From positions 81,406,001 to 81,470,000 of the forward strand of contig OX597817.1 of the NCBI GenBank assembly GCA_951406725.2: a stretch of DNA of 64,000 nucleotides, written 5' to 3'. Shown in pieces: positions 1 through 12,650 of the stretch. Numbering within the stretch: position 1 is the stretch's first letter; each line of letters begins with the position of its first letter. The stretch comes from Octopus vulgaris. Its lineage: Eukaryota. The translations under genes and the position numbers were made by a program. Below the pieces are notes generated by a model. That model was not told the origin of the DNA, made no database searches, and saw only the letters and a list, made by a program, of their open reading frames with translations.

Positions 1-114
1 AACAAAGAACACACAATGAAATGGAAAAAAAAACTCAAACTACATTTCAAATTCACAGAAGAGAATAAACAAATGATTATATATATATATATATATATAT
101 AAAAATGTACTTAC

Positions 115-243
115 ATTGTAGATAGTGAATGACCATGAGACCTAACGAGTAACTTGATATTGTTTGCTTCCGAGCATCATTGATGTCATGAAAACGGGAC
201 CAGTATTTAATGAAGAGGACTAGAGGTCGTACACGCCAATCCA
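115..243 (-). CDS. TENT2: GLD-2 coding exon 8 DWRVRPLVLFIKYWSRFHDINDARKQTISSYSLGLMVIHYLQ
   Basis: 129 nt, gtttag acceptor, T|gtaagt donor; conserved central-domain helices. Confidence 0.95.
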
Positions 244-3200
244 CTAAACAGAAATGATTACATTATGATAATTTCTTTCCATCTGAGTGAATAAGTTCTT
301 ATTTCTAGTGTTGTAAAAACAACTAATACTGATAACTATTACATACAATTTAATTTATTCAATGACCATTAAAAAAAAAAAAGAAATAAAAATATATACA
401 CATAAGAAAAAAAAATGTAAATCAATTAGAAGATGCTAATTTTTCAGAGAGATGAAACAGATTTTAATATTTGTATCTACACTAAGGTAGCAAGCTGGCA
501 GAATCATTAGCATGCTGGGTGAAATGCTTAGCAGCATTTCATCTGCCTTCACATTCAGCCTAAGTCAACTTTGCTTGTCATTTTTTTGGGGTGAGTGTAA
601 TAACTAACTAACTGAACACTAGTGAGGTCAATGTAATTGACTTACCCTTCCCCATTAGAAATTGCTGTATACCAAAATGTGAAACTAATATTTGTGTCTT
701 CACTAAATTTTTATAGGTCTGATCTCTGACATTCATTGGCAGCTTGCTCTTAGAGAAACTTTATTTCTGAGCTAGGGGATATGGTAGTGGAAGAGAAATA
801 ATGTGGTGACTCCGGAAGGTGATCAATATAGAATGTGAGAGGAGAGGGCAGTATTAAAAATGAAAGATGGAAATGATTCTACCACCAAATATCTCTTACT
901 CCTCATTCAATACCCTTGCCCCACACTAACAACCTACCCAACCAAACACCATCGCTCTTCTCTTTTTTTCTCTTATTCTTTTCCTGTCAACTATATTATA
1001 ACTATTACTATTCTGCTGTTCTCCAACCTCACCCTTTTCTGCACTATCAGTCATTTCCCCTCCACTTCCTCCTTTCAAAACAACTGTATCATTGGTTACA
1101 GCTGCTACCCTCTTCATCATCCCTCAACACTTGCTCTTCATTATATTCACCCCGAACTAATCCCTCTCTCAATCGCCCATAATTTCATGCAACCTCTGCC
1201 CATCCACACCACCTGTTTTCAAGTCCCTACTCACTTCTCACCGCATATTTTGAGGGCCCACCTTGATATCTCATCACCAGTACTTTTACCATTTCCCAGC
1301 TTTGTCCATGCAATTCCCACCCACTCTTCTATGTGAGTGGCCATGTAGCTCCTCTACACCAAGAAACCGGTTCCATTCTGGTCCCTTCTCTTTCACTTTA
1401 ATCCCCCATCCCACAGCTTAAAGTCAAGACTATAGTTTTGCAGACTGCATGGCAACCTCACAAGTGCTGATGACACCAAAATAGCAGCAACTACATTCTG
1501 CAAATTGGTTAGCATTAGGAAGGGCATCCAGCTGTAGACACCATGCCAAAGTAGACATTGCTGTCTGATGCAGACTTCAGATCCACTGCATCCCATCAAA
1601 CTGTCTAAATTAAGCCTGACCAACTCAAATTACATTGCAGGCCACTTTAATCACAGAAAGGTTTTTGAGGGCCACTTATATACTTTATGCACTAATAGGC
1701 AAATAAATTACAGAATCAAGAATTTTTCACACTTTTCGTTTCTTTAAAATTAAAATTGTAGGCTATTGCTTTATTGCCACGAATAAATTTTTAATTTATT
1801 TTGAAACAAATGTTTTACACAAACAGTTTTATTTTGAAATTAAACACAATACTTCAAGAAAGTATCAAGCAGGCTGCATGCAGTCTGCAGGCCTCAGGTT
1901 GGCCAGCCCTGGTCTAAACCATGCTAGCATGGAACATGGATGTTAAATGATACTGATGTAAGGGATAATAATGCTATTTTGTATTAAATCACTGATATAT
2001 GTAGCTGTTTTAGTAGTCTTATTCTTGAATGTATGCACAGTTAAGGACTGGATTCAAATCTAGTGTAGATGAAAGTATTGTAAAAAACAATTTTGCATCA
2101 CCAAAGACAGTTAGTAGAAAGGAAAAAATTATCTTAACAGCATCTCAGACATAATTATGAGAATAATGCCAAATATGAAACTTTACAGGAATCAAAATGT
2201 TTTGTATACTTATAAGGCAGACATATGTCTACAAAATCAGTCAGAAAATGAGAATATATGTTAAATTAATGTAGCAACAATTAAAAATTTTTGTCAAATG
2301 ATTTCTTTCTCAGACTGATGAAAACCAACACATTATTAAACGACATTTCTAATAAGATATCAAAAAACAAAAAAAACCCTCCTAATTCTAAATTACATTT
2401 GTAGAAGGAATTTCACAAATGTAGAGGAGAAAAAAAAACTAGGGAAGAACAGATTGAATGCATACCACTAGCATAGGCCTTTAAAAGATGTGTATTTCGA
2501 ATGCCAACAGAATTGTTTATGTTCAAGTCACATTCAACATTGCTGAAAAAAAGTACAAAAATTTACTTTTAGGTATGTTGCTATCAAATCAAACTTTTGA
2601 ATTTAGTGGGGAAAAAAAACTCAAAAAACATAGGTTTTTTTTTTTTTATTTCATATTTTTTTTCTTTTCTCAAACATTTGTTCTATGAGTATAAATTTTG
2701 GTTGTAGCAGCCATCATATATTCCTGAATCATTTAGTCTTTGTACTAAATATTTTTTCCAGTTGTCGTTCTTCAGAAAAGCATCTCCTATACATATTTAC
2801 TTCATCCACTAATTGGAAACATTACAAATCAAACATAAACTCATTTTTTATCATACAACCTCCCATATACACATACATATGAATGCTAATGACATGCACA
2901 CATATAAAATTATCTACCTATTCTCTCTCTCTCTCATACACACACACACACACACAAGTAATTGCAGGAATTAACAGGAATTTATCATTCGTAGTTTTAT
3001 ATAGTAGACACTACAACCTACCAGATAAAGAGAACAAGATGACTGATTGCCCCAGTGTTACATTAGTATGATTGGGAAAAGAGAGTTGCTTTTAATAGAA
3101 ATAAACAGATATTCTATACTTAGTAATAAATTGATGCAAATTTATGTCTTTTACATGAAAACAGGTTAATCCTTTTGATACAACCTGCCTAATTCTTCCC

Positions 3201-6200
3201 CCAGTTCTATGATACAAGCTTCTCGTTTTAAAGTCATCTAAAAACCTTCCATCACAATTCCAACTACCCAAAATAACAGCTTAATAATGACTAAATTACT
3301 AATAAATCTTTTATTATTTTCAAAATTAATTGAAACAAAGATATATCAACAGAAATATAGTAAAATATGGGTCAAAGAATTTTACCCACTAATAAATAAT
3401 GAAAAAAAAAAAAAACTCAAATGTTCTTACCTAATATCATCCCAGAATTTGAGTATTGGAACTTTGGCTTTGATTACCTGTGAGGATGTTATGAATGCTG
3501 GGAGTGGGGGGAAAAAAAAAGTACATCAATAAATTGAGAAATTGTTTTCAAAACATTCTTCGAAAATGTATTATAGATTTATTTTATTAGTAGTTTTGAG
3601 AAAATAATTGTGATTCAGTTTGGAAGAGACAAAGAAGAAAACTAAACTAATTTAAAAGGGATTGCAAACCCAAATAGATAACTACTTACAGCATTTTCTA
3701 AAACTTTTATGTACAAGTTTCAATATTTCTGTAGCTTCGCACTTTTGGTCAATCTGAAAAATTAAAACAAGCTTGCTAATCCACAGTTATAAATATGTCA
3801 GGAAATCCCTACCATCAATAATAATTCTTTTACTCTTCAAGGTTTCACAACAAATTCATGTGAATCCCTCTTTATCCACCTTGTATCTTGATGGTATACC
3901 CCCAACATCTTATCTCCACAATCCTTTCTCCCTGTCCTGCAGGGGTAGCCATGTATCCCCTGTACAGCAAGATATCTGTTCCTGCCCCTCTATCATACTT
4001 TAGCTTCTCAATACATGCCACAAAGCTGACTTCCTCAATACTGTACCCGCACTATGTCAAGGAATTTGGTTTTGCCAGTTACTTGGTGACCTTGTCAGTA
4101 TCAATACCATAAGAAAAGCATCTGGTACCCTTTGTAATGTGGTTGGCATTATGAAAGACATCTAGCTACTGAAATAATGCCAGAGTGGAACACAATGCAG
4201 TCCTTTTGCTTGTCAGATCCTGCCAAAACATCCAATCTAAATCCAGACATTAAAAGATGATGATAACTATGCTAACCCTAACCATCAAAGTCAATTTAGC
4301 TATAAGCAAGTTTATAATGTAAAGTTATAAGCTGCTATTTATATTTATTTTTCTAATTCTTCATTTTTCTCTAAATTTTAGATATTTTCAAATAAACTAT
4401 GTTAAGACCTTTGACAGCAAATTCAGCTCTTAAAAAAAACACACATACACAAAAAATGAATACTGTTTGCAATGAAAATAAAACGATTTCAAATTAATTT
4501 ATCACCTACTCTTCCCTACTTCATTACCTGTTCATTATAACACTCTTACCTGTCGCTTATCTCAAATCAGCTAGAAGCAATAGTTCAATAGTGTATAACC
4601 TAAAATTATTATAAGTTGTTATTCATATTTATTTTTCTGATTACATTTTTGTACTAAACTTTAGATATTTTCAAATAAACTATGGTAAGACCTTTGATGG
4701 CAAATTCAGCTCTTAACAAAAATGTACACACTATGAATGCTGATTACTATGAAAATAAAACTTAGGATTTTAAATGAATTTATCATCATTGTGCTAAGCT
4801 GTCTGACCCATGAAACAAGGATGTTAAATAATGATTTTGTTTGATGTGCAATGTAAGTGCAACAAATACATTAGATTCGAATAAAAATAGATGGTAATTT
4901 ATGTTGGAGAAAACGATAAATTGGTAACACTTTGAAAATAATTTGCAAATATGACAAACAAACGTCAAAAGTGAGAGAGAAATAAAAAGAAAAGATTACA
5001 ATAGTTTTCTATTGGTATACTGTGTTGATACCAGAACAGAAACAAAGCAGCTTTATTAACATCAAAGCTGTATTACATTCTCAAACATACTAACTTACCT
5101 GTTCACGAGTAAGCATAAGGCAAAGATCCATATCACTTTTATTGGTCCCAAACCCACTCATGGACGAACCAACAGCATACAGGCCACAGTCTGAAATAAC
5201 AGGGAGGGTAAAATATATTAAAATAGATACAATATATATTATTATCACCATTGTCATTTTAACCCTTTGACATTTAAACCAGCCATATCCAGCCCAAGTA
5301 TTATGTACAGACTGGCTATATTCAGCCTCTCACACTTAACCTACAATATCATACTAAAAATAAACATGCACATCATTGAAATCTCAAATGTGAATAAATA
5401 AGCATTACATTTTAGACAAAATAACCTGAATGCTAAAGGGTTTTGGTCTACTTTTCAATGTTTAAATTGACAATTATGAGAAAAAGAGGAATACAATTGA
5501 AAAGCAAAGTTCTAAGTACAGAAGATGCTTGCTATAACATGTAAGGCAAAAACTTTCAGAGAAAAGAGAAAGTTTTTTGCAATGGAAATGACTTTTGCAA
5601 ACAAGCTGAAATCTTTGTTGAGATCACTGTTTAAAATATTATTGAAGAAAGAGTGGTTTACTAAAGATTCATTTGCATTTACTGGTTTCAATCATTGGAC
5701 TGCAGCCACCCTGGGACACTGCCTTGAAGAGTTTTAGTTGAAAAAAATTGACCCCCATCTGGTATTGGTTATATTGGTCCCTTTTGCTGAACTGTTATGG
5801 TCCATAAACATACACAAAGACAGACTAGGTACACGCACACATATATAATAGTCTTTCACAGTTTCAGGCTATTCAAACCCTAAATAATCTCTCGACACAT
5901 TACTATGATGCTTCCTCACTACTCCTGCTCATGGTTAGAGATGCACATATTGTCAGCCCCTAAGGGACATGTTCAAGTAGTTACGGTCAAACAAATCTGA
6001 TATTGAGCAGAATATTTGCTATAACAATATTTCTGCTTCAGCAACTCAGTGCTGAATATGACTGAAATGTAATGGAAAATAGGTCAGTTTCAAAACATTG
6101 ATGTCCAGGTCACAAAAGCAAAGTCTAAAGGGAATAATAGTCATTTCCTTTGATTTCTAGATAGAAGCAAATAGGAAATAATATTTACTGATCGAAGATA

Positions 6201-7152
6201 ATAAATAAAAAACTTTGTTACACAATGTTATTATCAATTTGACAGAGATCAGTGAGCATCAGCAAATAATTTGTTCACTGATTTCTATAAACAAAAGCAA
6301 AGTTTGAAGGGAATAGTAGAGATTTCCTTTGATTTCTAGATAGAAGCAAAAACGAAATAAATAACACCTACTAAGCAAAAAAAAAAAAAAAAAAAAAAAA
6401 AACTCCTTACAGTGTACACCAGCCTGCAAGTAGAAACAGTACCTGGATAATGAGAGATGACCGAGACAAACAAAGAATTTGGTCACAGTACTGGATCAAT
6501 GTCCTGTAGCTTTTAATGAGCTCAGGTGAGTACTAGACTTCAAAACTGCAAGCTACCGGAAACAGTCACATACAAGTTCTCCAGCTGCTTACATCATTGA
6601 GGTGTGCATAAATATGGCATATATTTACTATGGTAAACTGAGACTTAAATGTCATTAACAATGTTAGTAGTAGTCTGAAACATTACAATTTCATCAAGAA
6701 TTTGAAAAATCTTTAAAAATATACTTACATGGGAAAACACCTTGTAATATTCCATACAATGCATCTCTTAATTTCATTTTCTTTTGATAAATATCATCAG
6801 CTTGGTGGTGCTTGTTGAAGTAACTTATCATAGCAGAGGAAAGCTAAAGTTTTAAAACAAAATACACACAGTTAATTTGATAATATCCTGAGATTATATA
6901 TTTCTATAATAAATATAGCTAATATATATGTGTGTGTGTGTAATACATATATAATTAAGATAGATAATTAATATAATTTAATGTAATGTTTATCCCAAAT
7001 CATCAGGAATATTATGCACTATGCTAGCCTTAGACAGTTCTTTTAAGAATTGTTTCAGCTGATTATGTATATTGTAAACCATTTCCACCTGGACTGATTG
7101 CAATGTTATATGCAGGAGCTTAAAGACCTATTGTTGAGTTCTTAATTACTGT

Positions 7153-7215
<63 letters not shown>

Positions 7216-7710
7216 CGTGTGTGTGTGTGTGTGTTAGAAGTATTGGGGGTGATGTACAGATTTAATACATATGAAAGTAAAAAGATGTTCAGAATGCTGG
7301 ATGGTTGTAAAAATATATATTTATTTACATATCACATATTATTACTTCATATTAGCGCTTTCAACTACTCTTGTAGTTTCATCAGAAATGTTAGTTTTAA
7401 AAGTTTTGCTTGTATTTATATTATTGGTAAATGAAGTGGGGAGAGAGAGAGAGTGTGTGTGTGTGTGTATAATGGAGAATAGAGGGAGTGATAGGGAGAT
7501 AGAGGGATGGAGAAGGTGAAAGAGAGAGAATATGGGTGTGTGTGTTTTAAAATTGTGTATTTTTCTCTTTCTTTTTTGGGGTCTTTTTGTATTTTTTGGA
7601 TGACCCTTGTAAGAAATGGAAAGAGAGAAGGAAAAAGAGGGTTTGAGAAGGTTTGTTTTTCAATAGTAGGAGTGTTGCTATATACACCCACACATATATC
7701 CCTACATATA

Positions 7711-7741
<31 letters not shown>

Positions 7742-8262
7742 CTACATACACTCACATATATATATACACATATGGAGGAACCTACTGTGTGTACATTTTC
7801 ATAAACATTCATACATACATGTACTGTGTATTCTTGAAAATGAGAAAGAAAGAAAGGGAAAAAAATAAAATATAAAAATAAAAATATAAAGAAAATGTGT
7901 CCATTCTTCACTTGGCACTCCCTTGGATTTCTAAAAGAACAGGTAAGTGGTTGACCATTCAATGTTTGATATACATATATATGGGACATGGAAGCACTCT
8001 GTCGGTTACGACGATGAGGGTTCCGGTTGATCCAAATCAACGGAACAGCCTGCTCGTGAAATTAACGTGTTAGTGGCTGAACACTCCACAGACACGTGCA
8101 CCCTTAACGTAGTTCTCGGGGATATTCAGCGTGACACAGAGAGTGACAAGGCCGGCCCCTTGAAATACAGGTACAACAGAAACAGGAAGTAAGAGTGAGA
8201 GGAAGTTGTGGTGAATGAGTACATATATATATACACCTAAACACATATCAATATGTGTACAT

Positions 8263-8293
<31 letters not shown>

Positions 8294-8295
8294 CC

Positions 8296-8331
<36 letters not shown>

Positions 8332-8569
8332 AACCCACACATACATATATATATATAAACCCACACATATACATATATATACATACATACATGTACACAC
8401 ATATATATCTACGCACACATATATACACACATACACATGCATATCCACATATAGCTCCACACATATATGCATACACATACATATACTTGCATACATACAT
8501 ATATATATACGACCACATATATCAACATATATATATATATATGTATATTTGTATATACATGTGTGTGGG

Positions 8570-8608
<39 letters not shown>

Positions 8609-8814
8609 TGATGTGTGTTTAGGTGCATATATATGCATATCAAACATTGAATAGTCAACCACCTGTTCTTTTAGAAACCCAAGGGAGTTTTCTTCATATC
8701 TTTATTTTTATATTTTATTTTTTTCCCTTTCTTTCTTTCTCATTTTCAAGAACACACAGTACATGTATGTATGAATGTTTATGAAAATGTACACACACAA
8801 TAGGTTCCTCCATA

Positions 8815-8856
<42 letters not shown>

Positions 8857-10279
8857 AGTGTATGTGGATATATATATATGTTTATATGTAGGGATATATG
8901 TGTGGGTGTGCATAGCAACACTCCTACTATTAAAAAACAAACCCTCTTTTTCCTTCTCTCTTTCCATTTCTTACAAGGGTCATCCAAAAGATACAAAAAG
9001 ACCCCAAAAAAGAAAAAAGAGATGTATGCAGGTAAATGCATGTGTATGCATATATGTGTGGTTCTATATGTGGATATGCATGTGTATATGTATGCGTAGA
9101 TATATATGTTCATATATGTGTGTGTACATGTATGTATATGCATGTATATTTGTATATGTATGTGTGTGCGTTTATATATATATGTGTGTGTGTGTATGTA
9201 CACATATTGATATGTGTTTAGGTGTATATATATGTATATCAAATGGTCAACTACCTGTTCTTTTAGAAACCCAAGGGAGTGCCAAGTGAAAAATGGACAC
9301 AACATTTTCTTTATTATTTTTATATTTTTCCCTTTCTTTCTTTCTCATTTTCAAGAATACACAGTACATGTATGTTACTCTTTTTCTTTTTACTCTTTTT
9401 ACTTGTTTCAGTCATTTGACTGCGGCCATGCTGGAGCACCGTCTTTAGTCGAGCAACTCGACCCCAGGACTTATTCTTTGTAAGCCCAGTACTTATTCTA
9501 TCGGTCTCTTTTGCCGAATCGCTAAGTGACGGGGACGTAAACACACCAGCATCAGTTGTCAAGCAATGCTAGGGGAACAAACACAGACGCACAAACATAT
9601 TCACACACACTTATATATATATACATATATACGACAGGCTTCTTTCAGTTTCCGTCTACCAAATCCACTCACAAGGCATTGGTTGGCCCGGGGCTATAGC
9701 AGAAGACACTTGCCCAAGATGCCACGCAGTGGGACTGAACCCGGAACCATGTGGTTGGTTAGCAAGCTACTTACCAAACAGCCACTCTTTATGAAAATGT
9801 ACACACACAGTAGGTTCCTCCATATGTGTATATATATATGTGAGTGTATGTAGATATATATATGTTTATATGTAGGGATATATGTGTGGGTGTACATAGC
9901 AACACTCCTACTATTGAAAAACAAACCCTCTCAAACCCTCTTTTTCCTTCTCTCTTTCCATTTCTTTCAAGGGTCATCCAAAAAATACAAAAAGACCCCA
10001 AAAAAGAAAGAGAAAAATACACAATTTTAAAACACACACACCCATATTCTCTCTTTCACCTTCTCCATCCCTCTATCACTCCCTCTCTCTCACCTTCTCC
10101 CTCCCTCTATTCTCCATTATATACACACACACTCTCTCTCTCTCCCCACTTCATTTAAGAATAATATAAATACAGGCAAAACTTTTAAAACTGGAAAGCG
10201 CTAATATGAAGTAATAATATGTGATATGTAAATAAATATATATTTTTACAACCATCCAGCATTCTGAACATCTTTTTTC

Positions 10280-10316
<37 letters not shown>

Positions 10317-12650
10317 TTGTGCATCATCTTATTTTCATTATCATTTTAATGTCCACTTTTTGATGTTTGCATTGGTCAGATGGAATTTGATTTTCAATGT
10401 CCAGATGCCCTTCCTGTTGTCAGCCCTCACCTGTTTCCAAGCAAAGTGATATTTCCTCATGGCCAGACATGATCTCAAGAATATTGGAAATGGCTGACAC
10501 TGCTTGTATGGCAGTAGCAATCACTTTACAATTGCTATGCCAGTGTCAAGACAAGGAGACACACACACATATATACAGGCACAAGAAACTTAGGAAAGGC
10601 GATTAATTGATACCACTGACCTCAACTCTTGACCGCCATTTTATTTTATTGACCCCAAAAAGATGAAAAGTAAAGTTGCCATTTAATTCTAACACTAATG
10701 GTAATAATAATGGTGTCAAACTAGCACAAGGTCAGCAATTTTGGGGGGAGAGTTGATTATACTGCCCCCAGTTTTCAACCGGTACTTATTTTTTCGAGCT
10801 CAAAAGGATGAAAAGCAAAGTCGACCTCAGTGGAATTTGAACTCAGATGGACAAAGTGCTGCTAAACATTTCACCTGGTATGCTAACTATTCTGCCAGCT
10901 GCCCTTGATTTCAAATTTTGGCACAAGGCCATCAACTTTTAACCCTTTAGCATTTAAACTGGTTATATCTGGCCCAAATATTACTCCTATTTATATTGTA
11001 ATTTTAAAAATAAACAATCATGTCACTGAAATCTTGAAGCTTCGAGATAATGCACAATTAATTCAAAACAATTTAAATTAAATAATAATTACATTTGATA
11101 AAGTAATCTGAATGCTAAAGGATTAGTTGATTACAATGACTGCCAGTACTTGACTGGTATGGTTATGAACATGAAATCTAAGTTCGTTTCAGACTGTTCC
11201 ACTCAACACCTTATCTCATTAAGAAATCACAACTATAATATGGAAAGATGTTAAAAAACAAAAATCTTTTTACCTTATCTCCATTTATTTCCATTTGACG
11301 AGGAGAACCAAAATAAACTCCTTTCAACTCGTTATCAACACCAAGCCTTTGGCGCTTTTGATCACTTAGCTTTTCATCATCAAGTTGCCTCCTTTAAATT
11401 ATTAGAGTAAAACAGAAAATTTTTTTTTGCAATTTTGGGACCAGTGTATCACAAACTGTATGTATGAATAAACAAAAGGCATCAGAGGGGTGATGCATAC
11501 CCTGCATGGAGATATATTTTTTCGCAAATTATAGTGTGGCTTACAACGCATTGCTTACCCATGCTTTTTAACTGAACTGAATTTTTTTTTTTTTAAGTAT
11601 CCTCCGGTGAAATTAAGAAATCAAGTCGCAAATAAATGAAACCCTTGAATCCAGTGTACACACACACAGTAGCACACCTATGTATTTATGTATGTACTCA
11701 GACGTGTCTACATGCATAGGCACACCATGATTTATACACATGCAGATGAAAAAGTGAACAAAATAATATGACTACTTGCTCACTGGGAAATTTGTAAGTT
11801 CGATTAAAAAAAAAACTTTTTTATTCCAAGTATCACCATTATAGGAATTTATACTCCAGTAAAATTAAGCAATCAAGTCATAAATAAACAAAACCCTTGA
11901 ATCCATCAGTGTACACACACAGTCACATGTGTATGTATGTACTCATACATGTCTACGCGCATAGGTACACCAGCATCTGTACACATGCAGATGAGGGTTG
12001 ATTCATATGAAAAAGTGAACAAAATAATATGATGTCCTACTTATCAGGAAATTTTTAAGCTTGATTTTTTTTAAAATATCAAACCAAATGTTCATCATTT
12101 TGAGCCACTCACCCAATGAGTATTTTAGCCAAATGTGGTGAAAATCTGTTCAGCCATTTTCCAGTAATTTTGCAAACACACAAAGAGGAGTGATTACAAT
12201 ACTCTGCTTTTCATTATGCATTCAGGGTAAGTATACAAAATCTTGAGCATTACATAAACAAAACATTTATAAAAAGGTAAAGTAAGGCATTAAAATAGCA
12301 TAAAGGTAAACTTACTTGATGCTTTTATTGCCAGGGGAAGGTGTATTTAAATTCCTTTTCATATAGGGAACCATGTTGCCTCCAGTGCTTCTACCAATGG
12401 ACCCATCACGTCGACCAATGGACTCATCACGTCGACCAATGGAAGAAGGCATGCCGTACATTCCTGTGGCATGACCGCCACCATATGGCATCAGAGGACT
12501 GGTCCCCTGCCAAGGCATGGCAGGTGGGATATGATTTGGTATGTGTTGTCGAGGGTAAGCTGTGTAGGACACCATTTGACTAGTAGGGAGAGGACTTCCT
12601 CTTGGTGATTGCACATTCAGCCAGTAACTACCATTTATAGAATTAGACAT
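115..12650 (-). CDS. TENT2: Poly(A) RNA polymerase GLD-2 / TENT2 (PAPD4), spliced CDS, 3' end beyond left edge; join(12650-12316, 11391-11274, 6843-6729, 5190-5099, 3753-3690, 3497-3431, 2542-2466, 243-115)
   Basis: Eight GT-AG exons splice in frame (997 nt). The translation has the Pol-beta nucleotidyltransferase motif GSSMSGFGTNKSDMDLCL, then IKAKVPILKF, VECDLNINNSVGIRNTHLL (third catalytic Asp) and DWRVRPLVLFIKYW...INDARKQTISSYSLGLMVIHYLQ, all typical of GLD-2/TENT2. Confidence 0.92.
484..690 (+). mobile_element. SINE of a second family (copies near 10720-10900 minus, 34470-34650 plus, 34915-35110 minus)
   Basis: Shared aagctggcagaatc.ttagcatgctgggt.aaatgcttagc...gtcaactttgc sequence. Confidence 0.65.
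1611..1911. mobile_element. hAT-type MITE inserted in a SINE tail
   Basis: Termini taagcctgaccaac / gttggccagccctg; near-perfect 8-bp TSD gtctaaat / gtctaaac. Confidence 0.62.
2466..2542 (-). CDS. TENT2: GLD-2 coding exon 7 NVECDLNINNSVGIRNTHLLKAYAS(V)
   Basis: 77 nt, tttttcag acceptor, G|gtatgc donor; DLNxNNxxGIRNT motif. Confidence 0.95.
3431..3497 (-). CDS. TENT2: GLD-2 coding exon 6 (S)FITSSQVIKAKVPILKFWDDI(S)
   Basis: 67 nt, cccag acceptor, AG|gtaag donor; conserved AKVPILKF motif. Confidence 0.93.
3690..3753 (-). CDS. TENT2: GLD-2 coding exon 5 IDQKCEATEILKLVHKSFRKC
   Basis: 64 nt, ttttcag acceptor, T|gtaagt donor, phase 0 to 1. Confidence 0.88.
4300..4785. repeat. Diverged tandem duplication (about 290 bp period)
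   Basis: tttagatattttcaaataaactatg.taagacctttga...caaattcagctcttaa occurs at about 4377 and about 4660. Confidence 0.8.
5099..5190 (-). CDS. TENT2: GLD-2 coding exon 4 (Y)CGLYAVGSSMSGFGTNKSDMDLCLMLTREQ (catalytic GS...DxD)
   Basis: 92 nt, tttcag acceptor, CAG|gtaagt donor; hallmark NTase motif. Confidence 0.95.
6729..6843 (-). CDS. TENT2: GLD-2 coding exon 3 LSSAMISYFNKHHQADDIYQKKMKLRDALYGILQGVFP
   Basis: 115 nt, tttag acceptor, T|gtaagt donor; resembles the helix preceding the NTase core. Confidence 0.88.
7981..8220 (+). mobile_element. Young SINE 3' segment inserted in the left arm of the fold-back
   Basis: CpG-rich block gaagcactctgtcggttacgacgatgagggttcc...gtgacaaggccggcccctttgaaatacagg; decayed relatives near 18570-18620 and 53455-53550; absent from the mirror arm. 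Confidence 0.7.
9376..9788 (-). mobile_element. Young full-length tRNA-derived SINE inserted in the right arm of the fold-back
   Basis: Minus-strand head gagtggctgtttggtaag...ggttcagtccc...cttgggcaagtgtcttc; CpGs retained; simple-repeat tail; absent from the mirror arm. Confidence 0.8.
11274..11391 (-). CDS. TENT2: GLD-2 coding exon 2 (K)RQLDDEKLSDQKRQRLGVDNELKGVYFGSPRQMEINGDK
   Basis: 118 nt, open, AG acceptor and AAG|gta donor, phase 2 to 0 fits both neighbours; basic KRQR patch may be an NLS (inference). Confidence 0.78.
11600..12065. repeat. Diverged tandem duplication (about 250 bp period) between the first two GLD-2 coding exons
   Basis: aaattaag.aatcaagtc..aaataaa..aaacccttgaatcca...atgaaaaagtgaacaaaataatatga present twice. 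Confidence 0.8.
12316..12650 (-). CDS. TENT2: GLD-2 first coding exon (exon spans 12759-12316); low-complexity N-terminus MSNSINGSYWLNVQSPRG...
   Basis: Strong acceptor ttttctctttgaatgctttcag before 12759; in-frame TAG TAG just upstream of ATG 12650; donor AA|gtaagt (phase 2) matches the next exon. Confidence 0.8.

Larger units (their letters stand above)
7270..10285. repeat. About 3 kb inverted duplication (fold-back) in a GLD-2 intron
   Basis: 7270-8495 is the reverse complement of 9020-10285 once the two SINEs are removed; a third partial copy at about 8555-9020; flanked by (TA)n at 7156-7208 and 10284-10312. Confidence 0.9.

Noticed and set aside
860-1336. 158-aa plus-strand ORF
   Set aside because: Pyrimidine-rich decayed retroelement-like sequence, antisense within a GLD-2 intron; no recognisable domain.
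7207-10158. Cluster of long overlapping ORFs (up to 196 aa)
   Set aside because: Stop-poor (TA)/(TG)/(CA) microsatellites repeated by the inverted duplication; Y/I/C/V/H-biased translations.
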